Part shown: positions 34,667 through 47,416 of the stretch, piece after piece | How positions within the stretch are numbered: the first letter of the stretch is position 1 | Layout: each line of letters starts with the position of its first letter | Assembly (NCBI GenBank): GCA_000442015.1 | Contig: KE560966.1 | Span: forward strand, 1-62,084 | Direction: 5' to 3' | DNA from: Rozella allomycis CSF55 | Taxonomy: Eukaryota | Length of the DNA stretch: 62,084 nucleotides | Program-made: the position numbers and the translations under genes | Notes under the pieces: generated by a model | The model's input: only the letters and a program-made list of their open reading frames with translations | Told to the model about the DNA's origin: nothing | The model's database searches: none

Positions 34667-35868
34667 ATGCATCTACCTTTTTATTTGGCTTTAATAATCT
34701 TAGAATTCGTGAAATGCACAAAGGATGCACTTACTGCAAAAGAAAAGGTATTCAGCAACCTAGATCTGTGCAACGAGATCTCTTCTTTTTCCAACTTAAC
34801 ACCACGAGACATATTGTCAGTCAGATTAACGAATTCACGTCTAAAGAAGTTCCCGGCATCTCCATTATGCATCCGACCATTGTTTAAACACCTAAAAGGA
34901 AATCGAATCAATAATTTAAATAGAAGGTTTCCCGGTCATAAAAATGAAACTGAATTTGAGGTCCTTACACTGGCAAGAAGATTTCCATTTACCACTTTGG
35001 TTATAATGATGCATTACTTTAAGCCCCAAGATGTTTCTCATTACGCTAGTGTCATCTCCAAGTATGACAATAGATGGCGTTCTTTCCACGAAATAGTCTT
35101 AAAATATTCTAGCGATCACAAATTTGACAAACATGATATTGCGCGCATTAAAAATATGTTTAGTCAATGTCAAAATTTATCAATAAGATTTGCTAATTTA
35201 TATCTGCTGACTTTGATCGACACTTCACCAGAATTAGAAGGCGAAGTTGGTAACATATTGTATAACGAATTNGCATCTTGTATAACGAATTGTTGAAAAT
35301 AACTACGAATCATGGATTGGAAGATATAGAGGCTAGTATTGTTGGCGAAATCTGTTTAAACAGACTGGAGAATATGGAATCTAATGATATACTACTTTTA
35401 GCATTAAATTATCAAAGCTTTCCAGTCTTGCGAGCTATTTTTTCGTCTTTGGGATCATGGAATTCCATTGAGTTCATTGAAGAAACCTTTGCCCCAATAG
35501 TTACAATATTTTCAAATACCATGAAACTTTTGTTATTTATTCACGTGTTCAAACTATTTAAAATAACGAAATCATTTTACATTTTAAATTACGCCTTCAA
35601 TTGCGCAAGTTATTATTATTTAACCTCAAAAACTAAAAAAGATCTTAATCTGAATGAATACAAAGGAAGACTACAAAAAATCGATAGGATCGGATTAATT
35701 CCCAGAAACGTCATTTTTGGTGGTGCAGGTGTCCTTATTGATTTGATTCTGGTCCTTTTTGTGGATGTAACAGATAGAAGTGCTTTGAGACACCTATTGG
35801 CTTTCCTAGTTTTCCCAATTCGTGTTTTCCTATCGCATTGTTACTACTTCTTTCTTAAGAGAAAATAA
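34667..35868 (+). CDS. Signal peptide + F-box-like + C-terminal multi-TM family, member B (tandem paralog of A)
   Basis: Shares DxCxEISxF..L..RD..xRL..S.L..FP.S..C, LA.RFPF.TL..MHYF, D.RW..FHE and GRL..I.RIG.IP with A. Break at N35272. Confidence 0.7.
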
Positions 35869-35909
35869 AGGGGTTATTAGATTAAATGCTTTTTATTTTG
35901 ATAGTCTCA

Positions 35910-36797
35910 TCAAAGAAGTTGTGTCAAGAATACCAAGAAAAATACAAACATGGTGTTCCAGACGGTATCGCCGAAGCTATTTGCGAAACTGACTTCATGC
36001 TGCTTTCTCTCTTGTAAAACTCCTGGCGAGTTGATCGTAGTTGATGAGGTAATGGTGGGACTTGTTGCCGATGTCGTTGATGTATTTGTGTTCGTAACAT
36101 TCAATTTGTAAACATTGGGTACATCTAGCGCTTTACCACTGCAAAAATCCATTTTGACCAAAGTTATGTTCCTCGATAAAACTTCCTTGACTATCTTTCC
36201 TAATGTGTCGACTGTGACAGCTAGTGTTTCATCATGTGCGGTGATTAGTCTACAATCAGTATTTTTAATCATGTCCAATGTGCCTTTAATCGCACCATAC
36301 ACGGTTTGGGCATTACCTATGTACTGCTCTGTATAAATTGATTCTTGTATGATCGCAAAACCCATTCTCTCAAGTATGTCGGCAAAAATGGTGCTATACA
36401 AACCTGGTTCCAATCTTGCGAATCGAGGAAAGTAACCCGTTATGTTTTTAAGTATATGCGCAGATTCGTAAAAATAAGTCATAAGATCTAACTGTGATAT
36501 GCTACCGGTTGCCCATGCTGGATTTGAATTAATTCCAATAGCATGTCCTTCTTTGACAATCGACTTTAAAGACGATACAAAAAGATCATTTGATAATGAC
36601 ACGTTTGAAGTTGCTACAAAAAATGTCGCCTTAGTGTTAGTAGAATTTAAGATCGAAAGAATTGCAGGCGTGTTCATTGATGGCCCATTCTCTATTGTCA
36701 AAGCTAAAATGTTAGTTTGAGTGCAATAATTGTATAGTGTTATAGATTTTGATAATTCAATCGCGCAGACAAGAAAAATACCAAAGCCAAACTTCAT
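35910..36797 (-). CDS. CE4 polysaccharide (chitin) deacetylase-like protein, secreted, probably GPI-anchored, degenerate active site
   Basis: Signal peptide; ALTIENGP, KATFFV, GHAIG and TG.FPRFAR; Ser/Thr-rich stalk and hydrophobic C-terminus. Confidence 0.85.
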   Translation of the reverse strand: MKFGFGIFLVCAIELSKSITLYNYCTQTNILALTIENGPSMNTPAILSILNSTNTKATFFVATSNVSLSNDLFVSSLKSIVKEGHAIGINSNPAWATGSISQLDLMTYFYESAHILKNITGYFPRFARLEPGLYSTIFADILERMGFAIIQESIYTEQYIGNAQTVYGAIKGTLDMIKNTDCRLITAHDETLAVTVDTLGKIVKEVLSRNITLVKMDFCSGKALDVPNVYKLNVTNTNTSTTSATSPTITSSTTINSPGVLQERKQHEVSFANSFGDTVWNTMFVFFLVFLTQLL

Positions 36798-36876
36798 TAC
36801 GTAATTAGTTATTCCATAGATTTATATTTATTTCGGAGGTTATTCTATAAATGGAAACATCGCATGTTTCCAAATA

Positions 36877-37592
36877 TCATAGAATAGTACAACAAGAGTA
36901 AACTTTTGGTTTTGTCATCTTTTCCTTATCCGATATTAGTCTTTTAATCCTTCTTGTTTCCTTAATCAAATCTTCGAAAGCCTGATTAACATTGATGTTG
37001 TCTTTAGCAGATGTTTCAATATATGGTATTTTAGATTCTCTGGTTTTTGTCTCTACCATTTCCTTTGTAACCTCACGTAAATTTTCCATATCCTTTTTGA
37101 CATCGCACCAAATTATTACGCATTTATTTCCAACAAGTACAAATGGAACATCATTTGTATCCTTTAATGTGATGACTGAATCTATCAACTCAAAACATTC
37201 ATCAAAACTGGTTTTATCATTGATTGCGAATACTATTAAGAAGGCTTCACCACTCATGAGATGCTGGTCACGAAGTGCCGTAAATTCTTGCTGGTTCATT
37301 TGCAATTTCATTCTTTACCTGCCCCGCGGTATCAATAATGTTGACCACACTGGGAATGTTTTCTATCGTGACCTTTTTCCTGTAGTTTTCCTCTATTAAA
37401 AATTAAAAGTTAAAAGTACCAACAGTGGGATCGTACTCACTTGTAAATTCGTCTTTCAAGAATCTCACGGTAAGACAAGACTTACCCACACCACCAGAAC
37501 CAACAACTACCTGAAAATAATGTAATAAGAATAAGAATTACAATTGTGTGTTCATCATTTTGATCATTCAAAATCTTAGTGTCGTCGGGCAT
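36877..37592 (-). CDS. Ras-family small GTPase
   Basis: Spliced [26 protein letters not shown] and ETSAK; CAAX tail CCTIL. Confidence 0.93.
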
Positions 37593-37687
37593 AAATGTTA
37601 GCGTAAAATTCCGAGGCGAAGGAAAGCGAATTAAAAATAAACAATACGGGGCATTCAAAAACAATTTATATTAATTTATATTATAAT

Positions 37688-38450
37688 CTAAAAAATAGTC
37701 ATCAAGGCGAATATGGTGTAAAGAAGACCGATAGGATATGCAATCAATATTCTTTGCTCTTTTAAATTGAGAACTTTGGAAAATATTGTAGATGAGGAAT
37801 AAGTGCACCATAAAATACACATCAAAGATATAACCAAACCAAAGTATGTTCTATGGCACATAATATACTAACTTACTTTAAATCCAGTACAAGGGAAAGC
37901 AATGCGAGAAATACCAAAGGAAGAAGGCAGTAACCAAGAACGCTTGCAGTTCTCGATCCATCTATGCCCTTATCGCTCATCAAGTTTAGTATAACATACA
38001 CGGATATGCATCCCAGCAAAGCCAAACCGTAAATGTACCCAAAGTGTGCTTTCCCGCTGAACAATAGAAAGGCACCATAACTGAGTATAAAAACCAGTGG
38101 TCCTATCAATATAAATTTTAACAATTACCTGCCAAATCTTCGTCATCAATGAAGTGATGGTCAACTTCTCTAACTGGGTTCATGACTTGCAAGCTCTTTG
38201 ACTTTACATGAGAAAAATTTATTCCGAGCTCTTCAAATAAGGGAGGTTCATCAGCGAAACCACCCGATCCAAATGCTGACGACATTGAGAATAGTCTGCC
38301 ACCGATTGGCTGATGGGCATTTGAAATACGTCTCGGCCCTTTCATACCGGTAGTTTCAGCATCATAATTTGATTGATAGAAATTCAAGTTTTGTGCACTG
38401 TTGTTTGAATACGCTTGCTGCTGATCGAACAAGACATTTTGAGGTTGCAT
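37688..38450 (-). CDS. YIP1: Yip1 family ER-Golgi membrane protein
   Basis: DEPPLFEELGINFSH, DLAGPL, GKAHFGYIYG, SVLGYCLLPLV and YPIGLLYTIFALM. Confidence 0.93.
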
Positions 38451-38609
38451 TTTTACGAAAAATCAGGATTTCGGTGAAAGGAGTTGATCGAAATCCATTA
38501 GAGAGGAATTATTGCTTTCAAAAACATTGACGAATGATGTACTTGAAAAATATTATGATCTATACTAGAAAGTTTTTGTTGTTTATTTTCGAAAAATTCC
38601 GTATTGGTA

Positions 38610-41600
38610 ATGTGGACAATTCCCACTCTGTGTGAAATCACACCTTTATGGGAGGATGAATTAACGAATGAGTTTTTTATTCTGCAGAAAAGCAAGACCC
38701 ATAATTCACAGATTTGGAAAAGCTTGGTGGGCACTATTCAGACAATGTTCGAGTCAAAACAACAGATGCCTTTCAGGATCATTATAAGATCCGTAGACGT
38801 ATTACTAGCAGGCGATCAGACCTATTGTGTGTCTGTAGCTGAAACATTAAAGGAAGCGGAAAAAGACTTTGAATGGCTTGAAGAGAATGTAATTGATGAT
38901 ATTGCTAGATTGGAGTCCAAAAAAGAAAGAATAGAATTTATATTGACAAAAATTGAGGCGATGATTACACAAAATGGTAATGAGTATATAACGTTGTAAA
39001 AGCTATGGGAACTGATGAGATTGTGAAAGATGAAAAACTGAGATCTGCTTCAAGAACATGGCGCCAGATATTCAAGCTCCCAGAAACTGAGAGATTAGTT
39101 AATTGTAAGCATAAAAAATAATACCTTTCATTAGTCTTTTCTTGTTCTTGCAAGGGTAATTTTGTGAATCAAGGATGGTTGTATCTTTCAGAGAATTATT
39201 TATGCTTTTATTCATTTATATTTGGACAGGAAACAAAAATATTTGTAGAGTTGAAGGATATTGTTGAAATAAAAAAGGAGAAATCAAAGAGAGGATTGTT
39301 GAATGATTGTATTGAAATCCACATGCGGGACAATCAGAGTGTAAATATATTGTTTTTGGTATGAATAGTATAGATTTACAAATTTATTCCATCGTGATGA
39401 AGCGTTTGAGTTACTTCAACAGCTTATAGATTTATCCATGCAGAGATTGTTAAAAAGTTCAACTCAGGGACCGTCGCCAGGGGAAGCGATTGATTCTAAA
39501 ATTGAAGTTTCTGAACAATTGAAGAGTTTGAAGATTGAAGACAAAACAATAAAAGATAATCTGGCGCAACAAAAAAGAGATTCAGTATTTCAAGATATGT
39601 TTAACATTCCAGATGAAGAAACAGTTTTATACTTTGATGAAGGAATCATTTGGCTACTGGAATCTCCTGAACAGTTTTACAAGGGAGATTTATATGTTTC
39701 CAATTCATTCTTTTGTTTTACAAATGAAAAGAGTGAAGTTAATTTGGATTCAGAAATGTTTACAGTTTCAATTCCATTCTATTTTGTGAAACGATTGGAA
39801 AGAGTGAATACACCTTCAAATTTATCATCTTTGGTCACTGGAAATATTCCATACTCGTTAGTTTTGACTACAACAAACCAATTAAAGTTGGTTGTTAAAC
39901 CGCTGAGAGATGTTGGCGAGTTACCCAAAATTTTGACTAATCAATTAAAAGAATGTATTCCATTATCTAAAAATTATAAATCTTTTAGTTTAACTTTGAC
40001 TTCAGAGTCATTAGGAGATGATTTGAAGCCAACAGTAGGTGGTTTCGGTTTAGAATATGGATATCCATTTATGACTCAAGAGATATTGAAAGATGACAAT
40101 ATCATTCGTCATTGGATTAAATATTTTAAAGAGAATGGATCTCATTTGGCTATTATTAAAAGGCCATTGTTTTTGAAACTGACCAGGGTTGGTTTCCCAA
40201 ATGCTATAAGAGGAGAATTATGGGAGAGTTGTTCTGGATCCATTTATAATCGTTATAATAACCAAGGAATGTATCAAAAATATTTGAATGATCATACTGG
40301 ACAAACATCTCATTCTATTGATGAAATTGAAAAGGATTTGAAGAGATCATTACCTGAATATCCTGCGTATCAAACAGTTGAAGGAATAGAGAAATTGAGA
40401 AGAGTTTTAACAGCTTATTCGTGGCGTGATCCTGAATTGGGTAACTTTTCTTATTGCTTTATAAATAGGGTATTGTCAAGCAATGAATATAGTTGTGTCT
40501 GCATTGTTAATTTATATGAGTGAAGAGCAAGCTTTTTGGTTTCTTTGTTTGCTTTGTTCAAGATATCTTCCAGGGTATTATAGTACAACAATGTTTGGCG
40601 CTGTGATTGACCAGCACGTGTTTGAACATTTAGTTTCTAAATCTATACCAATTCTTTCTGATCATTTTAAAAGTAGAGATATACAACTTTCAGTTTCATG
40701 TTTGTCTTGGTTCTTAACATTGTATATAAACTCAATGCCACTTCATTATGCGTTTAGAATTATAGATTGGTTTTCTTATGATGGACCACGCGTTCTTTTT
40801 CAAATAGGAATGGCAGTCTTGAGAATTACTGGAAATGAATTGTTAAACATTAAAGATGATGGAGAATTAATGAACTTTTTCAAAAAGTATTTCAACTCGC
40901 TTGATGAGCAAGCAAAACCATTAGAAGAAAATGAATCAACACCAAATTATTCCAAATTTAATCAAATATTGTTGGTTGCCAATAAAGAATTTTATTTTAT
41001 TACATCTGAAATGATCTATGATTTGAGGAAAACAATGCAACCTAAAGTTGTGCATGGAATTGAAGAATTTACTAAAAAGACCAAAACGAGAAATTTAATG
41101 GAAAAAGTTTCTTTTAATAAAGATCAAATTACTTGTCTTTACAACAGATATCAATACATTCAATTCTATGAACAATGCGTTGATTCTATGAATGCTAAAT
41201 CATTTTCATCCTTCTTAAATGCAACAATTAAAACAAAAAATAAAAATATTTCTCATTTGGAGTTATTTAATCAAATCGATAAAGATCATGACGGCAGAAT
41301 CTCCATGAATGAATTGATTGAATATTTAGATTCAATCTATCACATGTCTCTTCATGAAAGAATAGAATGGCTATTTAGTTTATTTGGTCAAGATTTTATC
41401 AATAAAGACGAAATATTAAAATTATCGCAATTTTTGCTTACTTTAATCGATGACGATAACGTTGAAGTGCTAAACTCTGTATCTTTAATGGTCAAGAAAT
41501 GTTTTGAATGTGAAGCAGAAAAAGTTACTGTCCCTCAATTTAAAGAAATCTTTCTCTCTTTTCCAATTCTAGCGGAATATTTAGGAAATGGATTTACCAA

Positions 41601-41893
41601 TTCCTTCAATTTCAATAACACGAGGCCTCAATCGTTTTCACAGAATGAACATGAAAAAGATTACCATTCTCCTGAAAAAGGGACCTCTGAAAGAATTTCT
41701 GGAATTTGNTGATAACACAAGGCCTCAATCGTTTTCACAAAATGAACATGAAAAGGATTACCATTCTCCTGAAAAAGGGACCTCTGAAAGAATTTCTGGA
41801 ATTTGGGACTCTGTAAAAGGTAAAGTTTCAAAAACAATCAAACAAACATTCAAAGACGATCGGTACCAAGCTTTAAACACTGATACTGAATAA
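38610..41893 (+). CDS. MDR1: Rab GAP with GRAM, TBC and EF-hand domains (Mdr1/Gyp2, TBC1D8/9-like)
   Basis: GRAM QGWLYLSENYLCFYSF, TBC EIEKDLKRSLPE..GYCQAMN and EF hand DKDHDGRISMNE. Duplication at N41709. Confidence 0.92.
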
Positions 41894-41933
41894 AATTTTA
41901 ATTCAAAATGGTTAAATTAATTTAACTAATTTA

Positions 41934-43820
41934 TTAGTAGATCAAGTTAAGCTTAGAGCGCCTCATTTTAGCAATTGTTTCTCTAGGTAACCCAACGTAC
42001 CTGCAATTTAAAACTTGTAGTTTTGGTTTTTTAATAATATCTTCTATTACTTTTCTGTATGAAATTAAATTATTCTCAATGTTTAGTATTTTAATTTTTT
42101 GCATATTCTTCGTCAAAAGTGACATTCCTCTATAGCTTGTAGTAATGCCACTTTTAGTTGATTCAGTAAAACTAATATTCAACTCTGAAATATTGCTATC
42201 CTTCAATTTTTCTGCAATTCTTTCCAGCCCTGTGACTTTAATTGCATTTTGTCCAATGTTCAAGTGATAAAGAGTTTTCATTAGTGGTGTTAAATTATTA
42301 ATAGATTTAAGTGTGAATTTAGTATCATAAAGATTTAAATACTGAATGTCAGATGTTGCTAATCCTCCCAACAATATTCTAGTAGCGGTGTCTTTCAAAT
42401 CTGAAAAGGCCATATCCAAATACACCAAGTTATCAAGACAGAGCGAAAACAGCCTTATACCGCTCTCACTTATCTCAGGAATGTTTCTCATAGTCAAATG
42501 TGTCAACTTTGATGCATTCAAAATCGCACCTATTTTCGCAAAATTTACGTCACTAATAGATGTCGAGGATACTTCTAAAAATTGTATTTCTTTTAGTAAT
42601 TGAGCGTTGAGCAACAAATCTGGGGTCAATAGATCTCTGGGAATCCCGCTCACTCTTAAATATTTAACAGGCGACCGTTTCAGGAATTCATACAAGGCCT
42701 CGATTTCTTCAACTTTACCCTGTGTATTTGAATAGCTCAAATAGTCCAATTTATTAAGCAATTCAAAAAACTTGAAATTTGAAGCAAGACTTTGGAATGA
42801 CACATTTTCAAGACTAAGTTTCGTCACACCATCAAAATAATGGCCAAGTACTTGTAAACAAGAGTCGTTAATTTTGGTTTTAGTGATCTTAAAATGCTTT
42901 AAACTGCTTTGAATAAAGTTTGGATCCACATGACTGTAGCATCTTAGTGTCTTGGCGGTAATGTGCAGCACTTCAATATTAGAATTCAGTAAATGCCAAA
43001 CAAGAGAATCAACCATGTAGTCATTGTGGTCTATTATTGAAACACCTTTCAGCTCTGTAAACAGATCTGAGCTCACAGCATCTTTAAGCTGGTCTATCTC
43101 ATTTCTAAAATATGTCCATGAGCTTTCTTTGAGGTTCCGTGGTTCAGAAAGCCCCAAATACAGGAATTGAATCATGCCTGCTTTAGGATGCTTGATAAAT
43201 TCAGCACTTGTCGCTGTAAACGAGGCCCAGGTTATATCGCTATATTTGTTCGTAATATCATCCAATTTTTCAAATTGCAACAAGATGATAAAACTCTTCA
43301 AATGATGCTTTTCATTTAAAGTTAATTTGTCCATACATTCTTGATTCAGATCTCTATATTGAATGAGAAAGTGAAAGGAATTTTGGAAATTCCCGGCGTC
43401 TGTAACGAGAATTTTGTGGCCAGTGCATGCGAACAATTTCTCATAAGATTTCAAGTATTCTACATAATCTTTCTTACTTCTCAGTGTAGTTAACAGTTCT
43501 TGGCCATTCATTATGCTAAACCATTCTCTGTTACCAGGATTGTTTATATCCTTGTCTAATACGCTTTGTTGATTATGATTTTGTTGAGAGACTTGTTCTT
43601 TTTCTATCATGGTCTTCACATCCAATTTCACATTAACAGATTTGGTGTTTTCCTTTTTATCAAGAACACTATTGTTTTTAACGATGACCTTGGGTGGACC
43701 TTTAACAAGTGGACGTGAATATTCACCCACCTTGTCTTTTACAAGAGAAAGTTTCTTAAAAGTGGCATTTACAAATATAGAAAGCAATATAAGGATCTGG
43801 GCAACAAAAATGTTTTTCAT
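41934..43820 (-). CDS. Secreted leucine-rich-repeat protein (RNI-like LRRs), intronless
   Basis: Signal peptide MKNIFVAQILILLSIFVNA and about a dozen C-terminal LxxLxL units (IQYLNLYDT, LYHLNIGQN, ISELNISF). Confidence 0.75.
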   Translation of the reverse strand: MKNIFVAQILILLSIFVNATFKKLSLVKDKVGEYSRPLVKGPPKVIVKNNSVLDKKENTKSVNVKLDVKTMIEKEQVSQQNHNQQSVLDKDINNPGNREWFSIMNGQELLTTLRSKKDYVEYLKSYEKLFACTGHKILVTDAGNFQNSFHFLIQYRDLNQECMDKLTLNEKHHLKSFIILLQFEKLDDITNKYSDITWASFTATSAEFIKHPKAGMIQFLYLGLSEPRNLKESSWTYFRNEIDQLKDAVSSDLFTELKGVSIIDHNDYMVDSLVWHLLNSNIEVLHITAKTLRCYSHVDPNFIQSSLKHFKITKTKINDSCLQVLGHYFDGVTKLSLENVSFQSLASNFKFFELLNKLDYLSYSNTQGKVEEIEALYEFLKRSPVKYLRVSGIPRDLLTPDLLLNAQLLKEIQFLEVSSTSISDVNFAKIGAILNASKLTHLTMRNIPEISESGIRLFSLCLDNLVYLDMAFSDLKDTATRILLGGLATSDIQYLNLYDTKFTLKSINNLTPLMKTLYHLNIGQNAIKVTGLERIAEKLKDSNISELNISFTESTKSGITTSYRGMSLLTKNMQKIKILNIENNLISYRKVIEDIIKKPKLQVLNCRYVGLPRETIAKMRRSKLNLIY

Positions 43821-44032
43821 ATTGAACCCTGGATTTTAAATTTGCACGTGACTTCAGAATTTAAATTTTAAGGGCAGAACCCAATAAACACCAAAGTTAC
43901 AGGTATGGTAGACTTAGTTAGGTATACCGTATAAATAAAATTGAGATAGATAGGGCAACACGTTAATGCTTACTGTCTAATAATAATAGATCAGAATTTT
44001 GTACAAAAAGACTTAAATAATATTGTCATATT

Positions 44033-45159
44033 TTATTGTACATAAAGACGAGTATTCTCTTTCCATACTTTTGATGCTGCCCAAATCCTTTCTTTTCTTG
44101 TTGCGTGCCTTAAAACACCATCTGGTTCTCTCATGAGAATAAGACGATCCTTTAATAACGTAATTAAAAATTAATTACTTTTGGATCAATATTTTTTCCA
44201 ATATCAACAAATACAAAAGTGTTCCTATTAGTGTTAACTTCAAATTTGTCTTTTCGTATAAATAAAACGTTTTTGTCTTCGTCATCGTTCTTGAAATCAA
44301 TCATATACAATGGCTTTTGAGGCACTACGGATTTCTTGACTTTATTTAGATATTTCCCTGCAACCTTAATCTTATAGATTCCAGTACATTACCGCCGGCG
44401 TTATATCACCTTCATTCTCCACTAGAATAAATTTTGGCGCCCCGTAAATAGTCCTCTCGGGTTTTTCATAAGCTCGTGCAGCAGGCGATCCTGCGTCAAG
44501 ACAATTATCCATATGGGCAGCGTGTTCTGTCCATAGCTTGTGTCCCTGGTATGATTTTTTTTAAATAACTACATTCTTAGAGTCTGTTTCTTCAAGCTCT
44601 TTTAACTTTATGATTCCCCATACTCGAGCTACTTCAATTTTGTATTTCAAGCTCAGGGCTTTTGGGGTGTTGTTTTCTGGATCGCTCTTATATTCTTCAT
44701 ACAATTGATCTCTAAATTCATGTGAAAGTGGTTTAACTGGCTACATGAACTTTAATAGCAACTGATTACCTGGAAAAGTCTGTTAGAAAGGAATGGCTTA
44801 TATCCACCGAGATAAATCGGACCTTTGACATCCTTAGATAATACTTGGCGCATTTGGGTATCCCATATTCTAAAATTCAAATTTTGCTGGTTATTAATCC
44901 TCTTAATTATAAATGATATATCAGTTCCTGTTTCTGCCTTTTCCAAATCAGGTGTAGGATCATAAGTTGCTTCATAACCCGCAACTTCCAATATTTTTTG
45001 CCACCTCACACTTCTCTTAGCACCGATTTCATGCATCATGGCAATGCGCTGATCCCTGGACTCTTTCCAATTGGGTCTAGTTTTCTTTGACCCAGGTGGT
45101 GGCAATGGTGGTAGTGGAACAGTGTAGAATCTTTTTCCGATAGACCGAATTAATTGCAT
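44033..45159 (-). CDS. Mitochondrial small-subunit ribosomal protein mS45 (Bot1/MRPS35-like)
   Basis: Presequence MQLIRSIGKRF; spliced PFLSNRLFQPVKPLSHEFRDQLY..LSLKYKIEVARVWGIIKLKELE. Confidence 0.7.
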
Positions 45160-45191
45160 TGAAATTTCAGGGGTTGAAAATTATTCAAAAA

Positions 45192-45649
45192 ATGGAAGGT
45201 TTTGAAAAGGCTTGGAATGATGCTATAGACTTGGAAAAAATGTAAATAAGCAGACACTATTTTATATTAGAGCTTATGATGAAGGGTTTGAAAAGGGTAA
45301 AGAAGATGCTTACAAAGAAGGTCATGTCGATGGTGAAAACTTTGGTTTTAGAACAGGTTTTCAACTTGGATTTGAAACCTCGTTTATTAACACTATTTTA
45401 TTGCATGTAAAATCGACATCTGAAACATCTGAAGATTCAGTGAAAAAAGAAAAACTGGTGAAGGCGATCGATGTAGTCTTAAGTCAAATTAAAGCTATGC
45501 CAAACGAAATAGACGAGAATTTTGATTACGCCTTGCATTTTAATAGAATCAGATATCAATTAAAACGCCTTGAAAGCATGGATATACTGATTAAAAAGGC
45601 TGTATCTTTGATTTTCTCTGAAAAAGACAATGTGGACTTGTCTTTTTAG
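45192..45649 (+). CDS. LTO1: Lto1/ORAOV1-Yae1 family protein
   Basis: Spliced DAIDLEKIAYDEGFEKGKEDAYKEGHVDGENFGFRTGFQLGFE (GX3 repeats). Confidence 0.7.
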
Positions 45650-45816
45650 AAATTAGAATTCCCAGTATCATATTATTCTAATTTCTACCACCCACAATAA
45701 TATCTTGAAATTTCTCTTCGTGAAAACTCAATAAACCGATATCATATTTCCTAAACTTTTATATATTCTTATCACATAATTTCAAGATATAATTACCGAT
45801 CCAGTGTTTTTGAAAC

Positions 45817-47328
45817 ATGGAATTTTCAGAAGTATTCAAACATACATTTTCTTTGTTTTCGCCTGATGGAACTCTTTTGGTTTCTTGTATGCAACATAGA
45901 TTAATATTGCGCGATACAAATACGTTATCCGTCAACCAGATATATACTCTGCCTGACGTGATTGTAGAAATACTTTGGAATCCTAACAGCACAATATTCG
46001 CGTGCATAAACCAATCAAAAAGCTGCATATATCTAATATCAATCGAGAAAGACACGCTTCTAGGAAAGATTGACCTGGGAACCGTTTTAAAAATTGAAAA
46101 ATATCTTTGGAGTCCAACAGGAGCCTACCTTGTTATTTTCTTGGAGCATCAATTAAAAATTTTGATTTTTGATTTAAACAAAGGGCAGATAGTCAAGCAA
46201 ATTCCAAATCCTAAATTCAGCGACAGGGGCTTCCAGTTTCGACTTGATGGTGAATATTTTATGTTTATTCAAAGAATTCAAGCCAAAGATTTTGTGTCGA
46301 TACATTCTTGCGAAGGAAATTGGAATTGTGTTAGACGATTTGAAATTGATTCCATTGACGCCGACGGTTTAGCGTGGTCTCCCGATAATAGAACAATAGC
46401 GATTTATGAGACATTCTTTGAAGTAAAATTTTTCATTTATGTATACTAGTATAAAATTATGTTTTATTCACCTGACGGTAGAATGCTTCGAAAGGAACAC
46501 AGGCCAACCAACGAGACAATGTGCATGGGAATCCAAACCTTGAAATGGTCCCCATCATCTCAACTTTTAGCTGTTGGTTCTTATGACCATAAGATAGCAT
46601 TTTATAATTGTTACACTTTTAAAAACTCATTAGAGTTTGAACTGTCTCCAATTCAGCGCCCGGAAGATGGGATTGTAATGATTTCTTAAAACTTATAACA
46701 GATAATTTATAAAGAAACTTGTAACATTCCAAGCTACAGTAACACAAAAAGTGCGAAATCAAATGTTTCTTGTAACATCAAAATTTTCAATTTAGATAGT
46801 TGAGGCTGTAATGGATGAAGTTAATATTCCTACATTGAAATTAGAGGATAAAAATGCATTAAAATATGGTGTTGGTCATATTTCATTCAATAAAGAAGGG
46901 ACGTTTGTCGCAGCAAGAGATTGTAAAAAAGAAATCGCAACATAAATTAGCATCCATGCCAAACGCTTTATGGATTATTTATCTGCCAGCCGCTAAGATT
47001 TACTCGTTGGTTTTATTTAGAAGCCCCATAAAAACTTTTGAATGGTCATCTTCAAAGGATAAATTAAGTGTTTGCACTAATGGCCCTTACATTTTTCATT
47101 GGACTGTCAACTCGTGCCATGGGATTGAAATACCAATGCGTAAATTTTATTTTCAACGATTTCATAGCTGAATTTTCAGTCAAAGATATCGAATGGAACC
47201 ACAGGGATCGGTGTGTTTTGCTTAAAGATAAGTTGGTATATTGTCTTGGGTATCCAGTAGAAGNGGATCGATGTGTTTTGCTTAAAGATAAGTTGGTATA
47301 TTGTCTTGGGTATCCAGTAGAAGATTAG
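45817..47328 (+). CDS. WRAP73: WD-repeat protein WRAP73/WDR8 (centriolar/spindle pole)
   Basis: MEFSEVFK..FSPDG, WSPD, YSPDGR, MGIQTLKWSPSSQLLAVGSYD and MPNALWI. Confidence 0.88.
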
Positions 47329-47416
47329 AACTTTCTAAGATAAGTATTAAATAAATTTTAAATGGTTTAAAAACTACTTCATATTAAATAAAACAAAGAT
47401 AATGGAAGGTGTTTTA

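Noticed and set aside
9061-47328. Ciliary gene cluster (CFAP52, WRAP73)
   Set aside because: The two genes are about 35 kb apart with many unrelated genes between them.
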